Of a stretch of 64,000 nt of DNA, positions 1-9,417 are shown one piece after another. Source of the DNA: a virus. The position numbers and the translations under genes are program-made. The stretch is taken from positions 5,629 to 69,628 of IMG/VR virus record IMGVR_UViG_3300010392_000400. The stretch is one strand, 5' to 3'. Within the stretch, counting starts at the first letter, position 1; every line of letters begins with the position of its first letter. The notes under the pieces were generated by a model, which made no database searches, was not told the DNA's origin, and worked only from the letters and a program-made list of their open reading frames with translations.

Positions 1-236
1 CTTTCTTGAGCTCTGGATTTCCTTGGTTTTTTCTTAGCTTTTTGGCCTTGGCCTTCTTCCTCAGAGTCACCATCTTCCTTAGTCTGCTCTTTTTCTTGAG
101 TGCCATCGTCTTCCCCTTCAAATATAATCGTAGGTCCTTCGTCTTTTTCTTCTGGGTTTAAAGAGATTTCTCCGTCATTCTCAGAGATAGAGTCTAAGTC
201 CAGCTCTCCGTAGTCTTTGTTGTCTTTTCCGCTCAT
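1..236 (-). CDS. Probable capsid scaffolding protein, N-terminal part (runs off window)
   Basis: ATG at 236 overlaps the GroES stop (TAATG). Very acidic N-terminus MSGKDNKDYGELDLDSISEND... followed by KKPRKSRAQE; lies after portal/GroES. Confidence 0.55.
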   Translation of the reverse strand, partial: MSGKDNKDYGELDLDSISENDGEISLNPEEKDEGPTIIFEGEDDGTQEKEQTKEDGDSEEEGQGQKAKKKPRKSRAQE

Positions 237-703
237 TACGTGTTCCTGTAGTTAGCCATGCCACCCCGAAGGTTGTCCATGGGATTGATTACGTCCGGTC
301 CTTCTACTTGGAGTAAAAGTTCGTCGTCATTTAAAAGTATCAAAGTTACGCCTTGGACCCTTATCTTAGTTCCTGCGTGTTTGGACCAAACGACATAGTC
401 GCCTACTCCTGGGACCACAGAATCGTCCCCAAACTTACCGTAAGGGTTCTTCGACCCTTTATTGATAGCGTCAAAATCTTTGAACGCCGTAGGGCCTACA
501 GCGAGGATTCTCCCTACATTTGATAAGTACTGAATGTCTTGTTTGGTTTTGTCGGGTACAATGATACTACCGACTTTTTCCTCGATTTTGTGGGGACGCA
601 CGAGGACATGGTACGTCATTAGTTTTGGTAAAGGACTTGGATCAGGTATCTTGTTGTCTGAAATCCAAGAGGTATTATTTGGCTCAAAAGCAGATGCTTC
701 CAT
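236..703 (-). CDS. groES: GroES/Cpn10-like co-chaperonin
   Basis: VLVRP..EEKVGSIIVPD, GRILAVGP, VGDYVVWSKHAGTKI, LILLNDDELL motifs. Start moved to the ATG at 703 (GGAG RBS). Confidence 0.85.
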   Translation of the reverse strand: MEASAFEPNNTSWISDNKIPDPSPLPKLMTYHVLVRPHKIEEKVGSIIVPDKTKQDIQYLSNVGRILAVGPTAFKDFDAINKGSKNPYGKFGDDSVVPGVGDYVVWSKHAGTKIRVQGVTLILLNDDELLLQVEGPDVINPMDNLRGGMANYRNT

Positions 704-749
704 AGGAACTCCGTGGTATCGCCTAAAGCCCACTAAAGGGCTTCTCGGG

Positions 750-989
750 TCACTCGTCCTCTTTGAACATCCTTTGTTCTGTTTCAAGAACCAACTCAAG
801 AGCGCGAGCGATTCCGTCCAAGTACCCGATGGCTTGCTCTCGCTCGGCCACCGTAATGTCTGGACGTTTACTTATAGCTGCGATATTAGCATCTACTAGT
901 TGTTCGCGCAACACCTTGGAGCACTCTGTTAAAACAATGCGTTGGTACTCGTACTCTATTTGACTTCTAATGGTACTTTCAGTAGACAC
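750..989 (-). CDS. Small hypothetical protein between portal and GroES
   Basis: 79 aa, operon packing, EQAIGYLDGI helix. Confidence 0.6.
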   Translation of the reverse strand: MSTESTIRSQIEYEYQRIVLTECSKVLREQLVDANIAAISKRPDITVAEREQAIGYLDGIARALELVLETEQRMFKEDE

Positions 990-1001
990 TTAAGGTGGCC
1001 T

Positions 1002-3599
1002 TTACTTGGTTCCGTCTCTTCCTACTTTTCGCGCTTGGGCTGCAGCTTTCTTCATCTCTGTCGCAGCTTTTCTACGATCTCGAATATCTGCACTTAGCTC
1101 TTTCTTAGACTCACGGCGGTCTTGTCCTGCCTCCCTGACAAATATGCTTTTTTCACCCGATGCTAACTTAGCACTTTCCTTGAGGAGATCAGCAGCAAGT
1201 TTCTCTTCGTCTAGGTCGAGTTTACGCTGAGCTTCCCCGGCTTTTGTTTGGTCACGCTCCATGTCGTTGAGGAGTGCAAGGAGTTTCAATCTGAATTCCC
1301 TATCTCCTTCGAGCATTTCACGTTGCTCTTTCATACGATCTGTCTCGGCTTCCATGAGCTCTGCCTTGGCGATCATGCCAGCAGGACCACCTTCAGCTTT
1401 TTCTTGGGCCATCATTTGGTTAGTCTGAGCAACTTGCTGGGCCGCTTGCGCCAAGAGCATCTCTTGTGTCTTGGGATCAGTGGCAGCACCTGTGACTTGC
1501 ACGGTTTGTTGACCTTGCTGACCCTGCTGACCTTGGGCTTGAAGTTGTGCTTGGACCTTCTCCTGGAACGACATGATTTGATGTTCTTGGATATTGGCTT
1601 GAAGGGCTGGCATAATTTGAGGGAACATGCCCGAACCCCCTTGTGTTGGGTCTTGCATCCACGCCATTTTGAACCCAACGTGCGCTTCGTGTGCCTGCCC
1701 CGGAAACGCCTTAATAGGTTGACCTTGTTGTGCTGCAAGGACATCTTCCATAGGACCGAGGGGGGTGGCTACCGGAGGGGGCAGAAGGAACTCGTCGATA
1801 TCGTCTACGCCGAGAGCTAAGTAGAAATCTTTGTAAACCTCACGTTTGTTGTGTATCTCCGGGGCTTGTAGAGCCGCTTGGAGCTTGCTTTGCGCAAGGG
1901 AAATCCTGTGGGCTTGGGACGTAATGTTAGGGTCCGAAGCTGGAATAACGTCCACAGTCCGTGGGTCATAGTCTCTTCTAAGCACTTCACGGACACCACC
2001 AGGAACATCAAAGGGGTACTTCTCGTCGAGGAACTCGAAGTTAAGTCTAGCGAGAATCTTAAGTTCTTTGCCTTGTGACCTGTGGCATCTCTTGTGGATA
2101 GCTGAAAAGAACTTTACAGATGCTTCCAAGAGTGCCATTGTGGTCCCTACGGGGCCATAGTTAGAGCTGTCTTGGATCACCTGCTCTGTAGAGTCCGCGA
2201 ACTTTTGGGAGGCCCCCGTGAGGTACTCTAGGAGTTGGTACAACGTAGCCGAAGGTTCTTTGAACGGCAAGGGCATAAGGGATTTCTGAATGTCTTGGTT
2301 CTGTGTGTTAACCTCACGAAACTCACCCATGCCAATGGGTTCGTCCGGGGTGTCCATCTTGACCCCCTTGGCTTTAAACCCACCTTGAAGGTTAGCGTAC
2401 TGACCAGCATCTACGAGAGACCGAAGGACTACCGTAAGGGTCTTCTGCATATCCCCGAGAAGGTGAATAAGTCCAAGTCCGTGGAACCCGAATCCAGGTA
2501 CGTATTTGTAGTGGGAGAACCACTGGCTCATCTGTGCTTTTGGGTCAGACTCCGACCAGTTACGACGAACGCTTAGAAGGCTCTGTGACTCAAGGTCTAC
2601 CGTGAGAACGTAAGGACGGATAAGACCTCCGTCGATCCCTGCAGGAAGAGCCATGTAAACGTGCTGTTCGTACAAAGTGTGAATGCGGTTAGAAGGTACC
2701 GAGTGCGTAGGGTCATCTCCTATCACAGTGTTCTCGGCGTCTATAACTTGCTGAAGCCCTAGTCCCGTGCCACCCTCAGAACTGAAGAACCCTTTTGGTT
2801 CCAGGTACACGAGGGCGTTGATATCCTTTTGAAGTTGATTTGGTGTTTTCTCTATGATGTGTGTGTAGCGTTCCGCCGTCTCTAGGGACTTGGCGTTCTC
2901 TGCTACTACGAACTGGTCAACGTGGACAAATTCCGCAACTGGGCGGTCCATCGTTTGGTCCCAGTACATCTTCTTAAACGCAGAGCCGTACAAAGGAAGG
3001 TGAAACCCTAGCTTGTCCATCTCGTCTGCGTACTCTGGCATCTCGTGTGTGACTTGGTAGTTCATGTGCGTCTGTACACGAGTAGCTTGCTCTGTCTTTT
3101 CGTCAGAGCTCTTTCCGATAACTTGTGTCCGTACAGGCCCTTTTGCTGGGAGCATCTCTGCTGTAAATTTACTTTGGAACTTAACAGCGGACTCCAGGAG
3201 AAGAGGGTGCGTAGCAGTACACATACCATCAGAGTGTTTTCCGAGGTTTGTTACTGCCATGTCTGGGTCCAGCCCAAGTGATTTGACTCCTTCAGCTAGG
3301 GCAAATTTCCACTCTTCTTTTGACTCTTCGTCTGCTTCTAAGTTGTCAATAACCTCTAGGGCTAGTTCGTCAAGATCACGGTCTTCCTCAAAGTAATATA
3401 TGAGGTTTTCGTAGTGACCCCCTTCTTGGAACGCATCTGGTTCCATCTCTTCCATGTAGTCCGTGTCGGCAAGCTCTACTTCGAGACCTCCGTCGGCCAT
3501 TGGAGTCACACCTTGGTTCATAGGGGTGCCCGGCTGTTGGCTGGGCATTCCTGGGATCATAGGTACTGGGGCTGTTGGTTGCTGTGGGGGTAGGGCCAC
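1002..3599 (-). CDS. Portal protein
   Basis: 865 aa downstream of TerL. HPLLLESAVKFQ, LPAKGPVRTQVIG, LPLYGSAFKKMY, PGFGFHGLGLIHL, PVGTTMALLE motifs; Q-rich/coiled C-terminus. Confidence 0.9.
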   Translation of the reverse strand: MALPPQQPTAPVPMIPGMPSQQPGTPMNQGVTPMADGGLEVELADTDYMEEMEPDAFQEGGHYENLIYYFEEDRDLDELALEVIDNLEADEESKEEWKFALAEGVKSLGLDPDMAVTNLGKHSDGMCTATHPLLLESAVKFQSKFTAEMLPAKGPVRTQVIGKSSDEKTEQATRVQTHMNYQVTHEMPEYADEMDKLGFHLPLYGSAFKKMYWDQTMDRPVAEFVHVDQFVVAENAKSLETAERYTHIIEKTPNQLQKDINALVYLEPKGFFSSEGGTGLGLQQVIDAENTVIGDDPTHSVPSNRIHTLYEQHVYMALPAGIDGGLIRPYVLTVDLESQSLLSVRRNWSESDPKAQMSQWFSHYKYVPGFGFHGLGLIHLLGDMQKTLTVVLRSLVDAGQYANLQGGFKAKGVKMDTPDEPIGMGEFREVNTQNQDIQKSLMPLPFKEPSATLYQLLEYLTGASQKFADSTEQVIQDSSNYGPVGTTMALLEASVKFFSAIHKRCHRSQGKELKILARLNFEFLDEKYPFDVPGGVREVLRRDYDPRTVDVIPASDPNITSQAHRISLAQSKLQAALQAPEIHNKREVYKDFYLALGVDDIDEFLLPPPVATPLGPMEDVLAAQQGQPIKAFPGQAHEAHVGFKMAWMQDPTQGGSGMFPQIMPALQANIQEHQIMSFQEKVQAQLQAQGQQGQQGQQTVQVTGAATDPKTQEMLLAQAAQQVAQTNQMMAQEKAEGGPAGMIAKAELMEAETDRMKEQREMLEGDREFRLKLLALLNDMERDQTKAGEAQRKLDLDEEKLAADLLKESAKLASGEKSIFVREAGQDRRESKKELSADIRDRRKAATEMKKAAAQARKVGRDGTK

Positions 3600-3602
3600 G
3601 TA

Positions 3603-5279
3603 TTATCCTCTTGGGTTGACCAAGTTCCAGTATGTAACTCGTTTGTTCGGAACTCTGTCATCTTCGTCTTCGTCATCCTCGGGGTATTCCGAGTGCGAAA
3701 CGGAGTAAATATCTCTAAGCCAAAGTATAGCTTGCGTAAAGGTGTCTGTCAAGTCGTCGTGCTCTGCATACGGGAACTGAAGTATCTCTTCGAGGAACTC
3801 ATCCACAAAAGGTCTCCATTCGATCTCTTCTTCGGTGAGTTTCTTGGCAGGAAGCCAAATACGACCTGCTCTGCAGAACGGAGTAATGGCGTGGGCGCGA
3901 GATACTTTGTCTTTGTCTGGGACGTACTCCACGATTGGGAGGTCCCTGCGACGCATTTCTTGGATAAGGGACATCCCCGACCCTTTCTTCTCTACCAACA
4001 AGGTGTCTGGCTCATAGATATCGTTGACTTCCTGGACTTTTTGGCACAGCGTAGGAAAATCCCACCGCCCTTTTCCAGACTCTAGCAAAATAGCGTTGGA
4101 TATCATGATTTCTCGTCCGTCCAGGTTTGTCTCTACGCTTTTGAACACCCCCCAAACAGAGTACGCTGAGTAATCCGCGCTTTCCCTTGTGCTGAAGGCT
4201 GTGTCCACAGACATAATGATGTGATCTGCTAAAGGTGGTTCAGGGTCCAACCAAGGTTTAAACTCGGATTCCTTGAAAATAGACCCTTCTTCAGGAATAG
4301 GACTTTGCATGTACAAAGCTGCCCACTCCGCAGCAGTCAAGGTAGCGTCGTCCTTCTTCGCACTAAGGGCTTCGTCTGACCACATCTCAGGCCAGAAAGA
4401 GTGCCCCTCTGGGAGGTCCAAGAGCTTTGAAGACTCCTTGTCGAGGAACGCTGGGAACGATGTCACTTCCCAAGGTTGGCTGGATTCTACGTCTGCTTTG
4501 AGAAGGTACCCGCTAAGATCATCAATGTGCCACCGTGTGTTGACGATGACTTCAGAGGCTCCACTCAGGAGCCGTGTTCTCAGGCCCGAGCCGTACCACC
4601 TGTTAATCTTTGGCCGTTCTGTGTCACTCTTGGCGGTTTGTTCGTCAAGGGCATCATCACAAATACTTATGTGAGCCCTACGGCCTGCGATCTTACCACC
4701 CACCCCGGTACAGTAGTACATACCCCCTTTGTTTGTCCACCAACGTCCCGCTGCCTTAACGTCAGCACGGATGTGGATATTGGGGAAAATCTGAGAGTAC
4801 TCTGCTGTGCTCATAAGGTCTCTGATTTGCCGACCCATGTTATCTTGTGCAAAGTCTGTAGAGTGGCCTAGGTGGAGAATGTTCCACTTCGGGTGCCGCC
4901 CAAGAACCCAGGTTACAAACATATTGAGAATCTTGGATTTCATAGAACCTGGAGGCATGAAAAGTTGCCACCGGGCCCCAAACAGAGTTTCTTTGTTTTT
5001 GGACTCTTTACGTTTTAGGATGTTTGTACTTTGGGCGGTTCTTTGCTCAATCTTTTGGAGCTTTCGTGCCATGTACTGAATGTGCTTTCCGTCGATAAAC
5101 CCTTCAGGGAGTATCTCTGGAGCCATAAGCTCTACATAAGTGGGAAAGTGGACACGAGCCTTCTCAATAAGGACAGATTGGATAAATATGGAAGCCTTCT
5201 GCTTCTCTTGGTACGTAAGGGTATCCCAGGAACTCTTAAGTTCCTCAACTACCTCTCGTTTCTTAAGCTCTAAGTCCAT
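3603..5279 (-). CDS. terL: Terminase large subunit
   Basis: Walker A-like MPPGSMKS, Walker B ISICDD, TRWH, ALYMQSP, nuclease SVDTAFS...DYSA and FPYAEHDDLTD. Confidence 0.95.
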   Translation of the reverse strand: MDLELKKREVVEELKSSWDTLTYQEKQKASIFIQSVLIEKARVHFPTYVELMAPEILPEGFIDGKHIQYMARKLQKIEQRTAQSTNILKRKESKNKETLFGARWQLFMPPGSMKSKILNMFVTWVLGRHPKWNILHLGHSTDFAQDNMGRQIRDLMSTAEYSQIFPNIHIRADVKAAGRWWTNKGGMYYCTGVGGKIAGRRAHISICDDALDEQTAKSDTERPKINRWYGSGLRTRLLSGASEVIVNTRWHIDDLSGYLLKADVESSQPWEVTSFPAFLDKESSKLLDLPEGHSFWPEMWSDEALSAKKDDATLTAAEWAALYMQSPIPEEGSIFKESEFKPWLDPEPPLADHIIMSVDTAFSTRESADYSAYSVWGVFKSVETNLDGREIMISNAILLESGKGRWDFPTLCQKVQEVNDIYEPDTLLVEKKGSGMSLIQEMRRRDLPIVEYVPDKDKVSRAHAITPFCRAGRIWLPAKKLTEEEIEWRPFVDEFLEEILQFPYAEHDDLTDTFTQAILWLRDIYSVSHSEYPEDDEDEDDRVPNKRVTYWNLVNPRG

Positions 5280-5287
5280 CTATCGTT

Positions 5288-5482
5288 CTATCCTAGGAAT
5301 ACTTAGTATTCCTTCGTAAGGAATTCCTAAGAACCCCTAGGGGGTCCTTAGTGTTCCTTCGTAGTACCTTCTAGGGAGGTTAAGGACTTAGATATTCCTT
5401 GGAACTCCTTAGGGGGTACCTTAGGAATTCCTAGGAACCCCTCGGGCCTAAGACCCTTAGTATAACCTAGGAATTCCTAGGT
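5288..5482. repeat. Array of short CCTAGG/CCTTAG/GGAATTCC palindromic units in the terL leader
   Basis: e.g. tcctaggaatacttag, taaggaattcctaag, ccttaggaattcctagg, acctaggaattcctaggt. Confidence 0.75.
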
Positions 5483-5487
5483 GTCAA
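5459..5487 (-). promoter_or_regulatory. Sigma70-type promoter for terL with palindromic spacer
   Basis: Minus strand TTGACA-N17-TATACT; 18-bp perfect palindrome ACCTAGGAATTCCTAGGT at 5465-5482. Confidence 0.8.
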
Positions 5488-5548
5488 CCCCTAGCGTAAC
5501 TAGGGCGCGATCCTCCCCCTCTTCGAGGGGTAATACACTAGGGAATCT

Positions 5549-6175
5549 CTAAGCGTCATACTCTCTTGGGTCATCCTTGGTACCTTCTCTAAGGCGAGAC
5601 TTGTTTAACAAAGTCATCATAGCCTTAGTCTCATCGTCTACGTCTACGGTAGCGTCTTTCTCAGCGTCCATGAACTCCTGAGCCTTTGAGGCTATCTGAG
5701 AGTCTACCTTAGCAGTAGTAAATAACCCCATTGATTTACCAAGGAGTTCTGAGGCCTTGTTAGCTTGGGCGAAGTCCTTGGATTTCATAGCACTCTGGAA
5801 CACTTCTCTAAGGTTCGATATGACTTCGTTCTTACTCAGGGCAGCAGATTGTATCCTACGGGCCATGCCATAAGCCAAAGCCTTCTGTACTGCGGGTATC
5901 TTCCGAGTATTCCACGCTACTTGGTCCAAGCTCTTCGCAGTAGACCCAGCTACCCTGGCTGCTTCTGCCCAAGAGTCCGTGGTAAACGAAGCTTCTACAA
6001 ACCTCCGTTGGAAGACCGTAAGAGCTGTCATAGCAGTCCTAAAGTCCCCTTCTTCGTCCTCTCTCCAGTTCCCGTACCCGTTAGTAGGTTCTCCGGGGTG
6101 CTTTCTACCAGAGGGGGTATTTTCTTCAGATAAATCCTCCATAGGGTCTCTATCTTCGTGTGTGTCTTCGTTCAT
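5549..6175 (-). CDS. terS: Terminase small subunit
   Basis: LTVFQRRFVE..AEAARVAGS HTH-like segment, ANKASELLGKSMGLF; upstream of TerL. Confidence 0.8.
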   Translation of the reverse strand: MNEDTHEDRDPMEDLSEENTPSGRKHPGEPTNGYGNWREDEEGDFRTAMTALTVFQRRFVEASFTTDSWAEAARVAGSTAKSLDQVAWNTRKIPAVQKALAYGMARRIQSAALSKNEVISNLREVFQSAMKSKDFAQANKASELLGKSMGLFTTAKVDSQIASKAQEFMDAEKDATVDVDDETKAMMTLLNKSRLREGTKDDPREYDA

Positions 6176-6229
6176 CCTTATATCTCCTTTTCTCAGTGTA
6201 CTAGAGGTTAAAGGTACTTGGGGCCCCTA

Positions 6230-6520
6230 GAAAAACTGTAAACCTAAATCTGCATGTACTATAACACAGGGCCTTAGAACGGCACCAGAGGACCCCTATG
6301 GGACCCCTATGGGACCCTCTTAGAAAAATCAAAAGTAAAAAAGTTTACAATAGGGACTCCAAGTAAAATAGGGGTCCCAAAGAAAAATCCCAAGAAAAAA
6401 TGTAAGGGTTCCTAAGGAAAAAATCAAATGTGAGTGTGGGGTATGTTACTATAAATAAGAAAACAGGGCCCCTTTTTCCACCCCCCATGCTTGCATAGAG
6501 CCCCTAGGTGTCCCCTAGGT
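6230..6520. other. Probable genome terminus / packaging region
   Basis: Non-coding divergence point between late (-) and early (+) arms. Tandem GGACCCCTATG x2.6 (6290-6318), many A-tracts, C-run at 6478-6486. Confidence 0.45.
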
Positions 6521-6760
6521 AGTGCAAAGGGACCTTGACCCCAAGGAAAGATGACACGGCGTCACCTTTGAGAGAAGGGGTAGCTGAGGGGTGACACCCC
6601 GAGACCTAGGACCATAGTCCCATAAGTGTAGGATTGTATTCCCAGGATATGCCACGATATCACCTTAGTCTTGCCTTGTTCTTGCCATAGTCTATTCCCA
6701 TGTTCACTAGGCATGAAGGTCAGATCATCGTGATCGCCCCTAAGTAGAAAGGAATATGAC

Positions 6761-7021
6761 ATGTCCATCAAGTACGCTTATGCTGTGCAAGGGAGTGAAG
6801 ATGGTCTCTTGGCCGCGTTCACTAGTGCTCCCAAGGCGGTTAAGTTCGCCCGCGAGTACGTGCTCCAGAGCGGGAGTAACGAGGGCAATGAAGCCCCGCG
6901 CCTCACTCAAACACCCTTCCGCTATTGCCACGAATTGTCTATGTGGTTTACAGCTACAGTTACAGTAGAGGGCTTTGACACTAACGTATCTGCTAAAGTT
7001 ACTAAGTTACCCCTAGAATAG
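6761..7021 (+). CDS. Early hypothetical protein
   Basis: AAAGGA RBS, 86 aa. Confidence 0.65.
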   Translation: MSIKYAYAVQGSEDGLLAAFTSAPKAVKFAREYVLQSGSNEGNEAPRLTQTPFRYCHELSMWFTATVTVEGFDTNVSAKVTKLPLE

Positions 7022-7035
7022 AAAGGACTAATCCC

Positions 7036-7416
7036 ATGCCAAGTTCTCGCCAAGTACTAAGGAATATCCCTAGCGTATCCCTTGTTTCGTATGCTGAAGG
7101 GAACGCCAAAGTTCAACAGCCTAAGCCCTTAGCTCAAGAGCCTAAGGACACTAAGAAGGCTTTGCCTTCCAAAGCTGCAAAGTCTGGCTTTGCCCAATGG
7201 GTTGAGCAACTCAAAGGCCCTACTAAGAACGGCAAGCCCGTCACCCTTAGCCCCCTTGTGCATAAGGATACCTTTGCCAAGTATATAGCTTTGGCCAATG
7301 ACCCAGAGTATTGCCAAGGGTCCAAAGCTCGCGCCAAGTATCAGCAAGAGCCTAGGCTTCTACCTTCCTTCGATCCCGAAGGCAAAGCAACGTGTTCCCG
7401 TTGGGCAAAGAACTAG
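7036..7416 (+). CDS. Early hypothetical protein (basic)
   Basis: AAAGGA RBS, 126 aa, followed by a terminator. Confidence 0.65.
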   Translation: MPSSRQVLRNIPSVSLVSYAEGNAKVQQPKPLAQEPKDTKKALPSKAAKSGFAQWVEQLKGPTKNGKPVTLSPLVHKDTFAKYIALANDPEYCQGSKARAKYQQEPRLLPSFDPEGKATCSRWAKN

Positions 7417-7427
7417 CATAGACCCTT

Positions 7428-7537
7428 AGAGCCCCCTAGGCCATCCCTAGGGGGCTTTGTCTTATCTAAGCCCCCTAGTACCAGAGACTAGCTAAGGGCC
7501 ATCACAGAGCCCCCTAGGCCATCCCTAGGGGGCTTTG
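7428..7537 (+). terminator. Two identical 32-bp hairpin terminators (7428-7459, 7506-7537)
   Basis: agagccccctagg-ccatc-cctagggggcttt(g) occurs twice. Confidence 0.75.
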
Positions 7538-7731
7538 CTTTGCCTAGTGTCCTAATGACCCAAGGGTACTTTAGAGCTATTCCAGGTTTGCCTTAATGAT
7601 ACCTTAGTCTTGCCTTACTTATGCCACAAGTATGTGCTAGGTCCCTTGTGCCTTAGTTCTGACATGGTATTGCCTTGGAATAGTCTTAATTCATTCCTTG
7701 AATAACCTTAGGACCATTACCATTTAGATAG

Positions 7732-8293
7732 TGTCCCAAGGGGGACAAGTCGAACCCCAAGGGACAGCGGAAGGCCCGGTTAACCGCTTACAAAATTACC
7801 GAGCCAGTACAAGGGTTACTTAGTATGACCGAGCTTTCTTACGGGTTGGCATAAGGCTAGTCTAATGGGAACGGCAAGGCTCTGGCTAAGGCGAAAGCTA
7901 AGGCTAATATGCTAGTGACTAGGGACACCTAGGCCTTAGGAAACTAAGGCATTTTGGCACTAGGTCCCGAAACATGGATGCGGACATAATGTCCTAAGAG
8001 GCACCAAGTGTGTGCCTTATGGACAAGGCTCCCCCCTTGTGCTTTGGCCTATCGGCCTAAAGGAATTCCCAAGGGACCTAATCCCCCCTTGAGTTCCTTT
8101 AGAAGGATAAAGTCTCTTAGGTATCTCCTACAGGGACTAGGCTAAGGATGTCCCCTCTAATACCCCTAGAAAATAACCATAAAAAGAGCACAAGGCACAA
8201 CCCTTAGACCTAGTCCCCGTCGGGGATATCTAAGGATATTCCCAAGGCGGCAACAGTTTGACCCACGGAATAACCTTTGGGTTGGGCGTTGCC
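7732..8293 (+). ncRNA. Candidate large structured RNA (ncRNA or 5' leader)
   Basis: No convincing ORF. Dense stems with G-U pairs and GAAA loops; long-range 8035-8045/8185-8195 helix. Confidence 0.55.
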
Positions 8294-8312
8294 ACACCAG
8301 GCGGAGGATATT

Positions 8313-8933
8313 ATGTCTGGAAATGTAGACCTTAACTTTGAGTTCTCGGGAAATCTGACCGATTGTGCCATGGACGCTGACACTTGGAACGTGTACACGC
8401 GGAAACTTGTGAATTCCCATAAGCGTATGCGGGCTTTGCAATACCAAGTGTCTCTCGCGGCGATAGCTCACTTCTATAACACTGGGGACAAGATTCGTCT
8501 TGACCAGATTAGTGAAGTGTTGAGTGATGCCACGGGTGCTGCGTTTCGTGTCTGGGCTTTAGCTGCGCTTGGGAGCATGGTTTCCTATTCGCGCAAGGAA
8601 AGCACGTTCACGGTGGCCAAAGGTTGGGCACAAAACAAGGACGAGTTAAATGCTAGTGTCCTTGAGCAACATCCCTTGGACTTTGTAAAGGTGGAACGTG
8701 ACCCTGAGGAGTATTCCCATGTGAATGTGGAAAATACCCTTAAGTCACTCATCAAGCGTACAAGTGGCGAAGTAGGCAAGAATTTCTATGTCTCCGATGA
8801 GGAGCAGGGGATTCTTGACGCAATTCGTCCAGCCTTGGAAGCTGCTCTCGATACCATTGAGACTACTGTGCAAACCCTTGCACCCACCGAGGAAGATAAT
8901 GAGGATACTAGTGTAACCCAAATGGTTGCTTAG
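8313..8933 (+). CDS. Early hypothetical protein
   Basis: GGAGG RBS before ATG 8313; 206 aa; terminator follows. Confidence 0.75.
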   Translation: MSGNVDLNFEFSGNLTDCAMDADTWNVYTRKLVNSHKRMRALQYQVSLAAIAHFYNTGDKIRLDQISEVLSDATGAAFRVWALAALGSMVSYSRKESTFTVAKGWAQNKDELNASVLEQHPLDFVKVERDPEEYSHVNVENTLKSLIKRTSGEVGKNFYVSDEEQGILDAIRPALEAALDTIETTVQTLAPTEEDNEDTSVTQMVA

Positions 8934-8958
8934 TATCTTCCTATGGCCTATGTAACTT

Positions 8959-8995
8959 AACCCAGGGGCACACTCTACGTGTGTCCTTGGGTTTA
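8959..8995 (+). terminator. Hairpin terminator
   Basis: aacccaggggcacac-tctac-gtgtgtccttgggtt then tat. Confidence 0.65.
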
Positions 8996-9025
8996 TCCTA
9001 TGGATAGCTTTAGGAAGGAATTCCT

Positions 9026-9205
9026 ATGTCTCACCTTATCATCTCAGGTATTGTGACCTTCTGTATCTTCGTGTACCTGTTGTTTCTCATAGTGGGTTGG
9101 ATTAGCTTCATGCACATGATGTATACATTTGTTAAGTTCTTGGTAAGAAAGTACCTAGTCATACAAAGGCACAAGGAAGGAATTCCTATGTCTGACCTTA
9201 AGTAA
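9026..9205 (+). CDS. Small membrane protein, 59 aa (not in ORF track)
   Basis: AGGAAGG RBS; MSHLIISGIVTFCIFVYLLFLIVGWISF... Confidence 0.6.
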   Translation: MSHLIISGIVTFCIFVYLLFLIVGWISFMHMMYTFVKFLVRKYLVIQRHKEGIPMSDLK

Positions 9206-9231
9206 GGAATCTCTTGAAGGAGCCTAGTATA

Positions 9232-9417
9232 ATGAAAGGTTTAAAGACAGTCTACGGACACCCTGTGCGTGACCTAGAGAACGCAGTAATTGTGTCACAC
9301 GAAGAAGCTCTTCGACTTTACAAAGTAGCTAAGGAAGGTGACAAAATCCGCGCTAGGTTCAATCTGAAACCTTGGATAAAAGAAGACTACGTGCCAGAGG
9401 AGTTCCGTGATGCCTGA
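9232..9417 (+). CDS. Hypothetical protein
   Basis: AAGGAG RBS before ATG 9232. Confidence 0.6.
   Translation: MKGLKTVYGHPVRDLENAVIVSHEEALRLYKVAKEGDKIRARFNLKPWIKEDYVPEEFRDA

Noticed and set aside
236-703. Phage GroES without GroEL as a novelty
   Set aside because: Stand-alone co-chaperonins in head modules are well known (T4 gp31 precedent)
3415-3500. MADGGLEV and FQEGGHY in the portal N-terminus as extra copies of the tag
   Set aside because: Imperfect match at the last position, and DGG is commonly seen in acidic portal N-termini. Not counted, though worth including in any cleavage test.
7428-7537. 32-bp repeats with a 46-bp spacer as a mini CRISPR array
   Set aside because: Only two copies, each a terminator-shaped hairpin, and no cas genes. 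The Cas4-like nuclease at 25072 is a standard phage replication exonuclease.
7732-7800. Possible hammerhead or twister ribozyme in the structured region
   Set aside because: Conserved catalytic core sequences could not be matched
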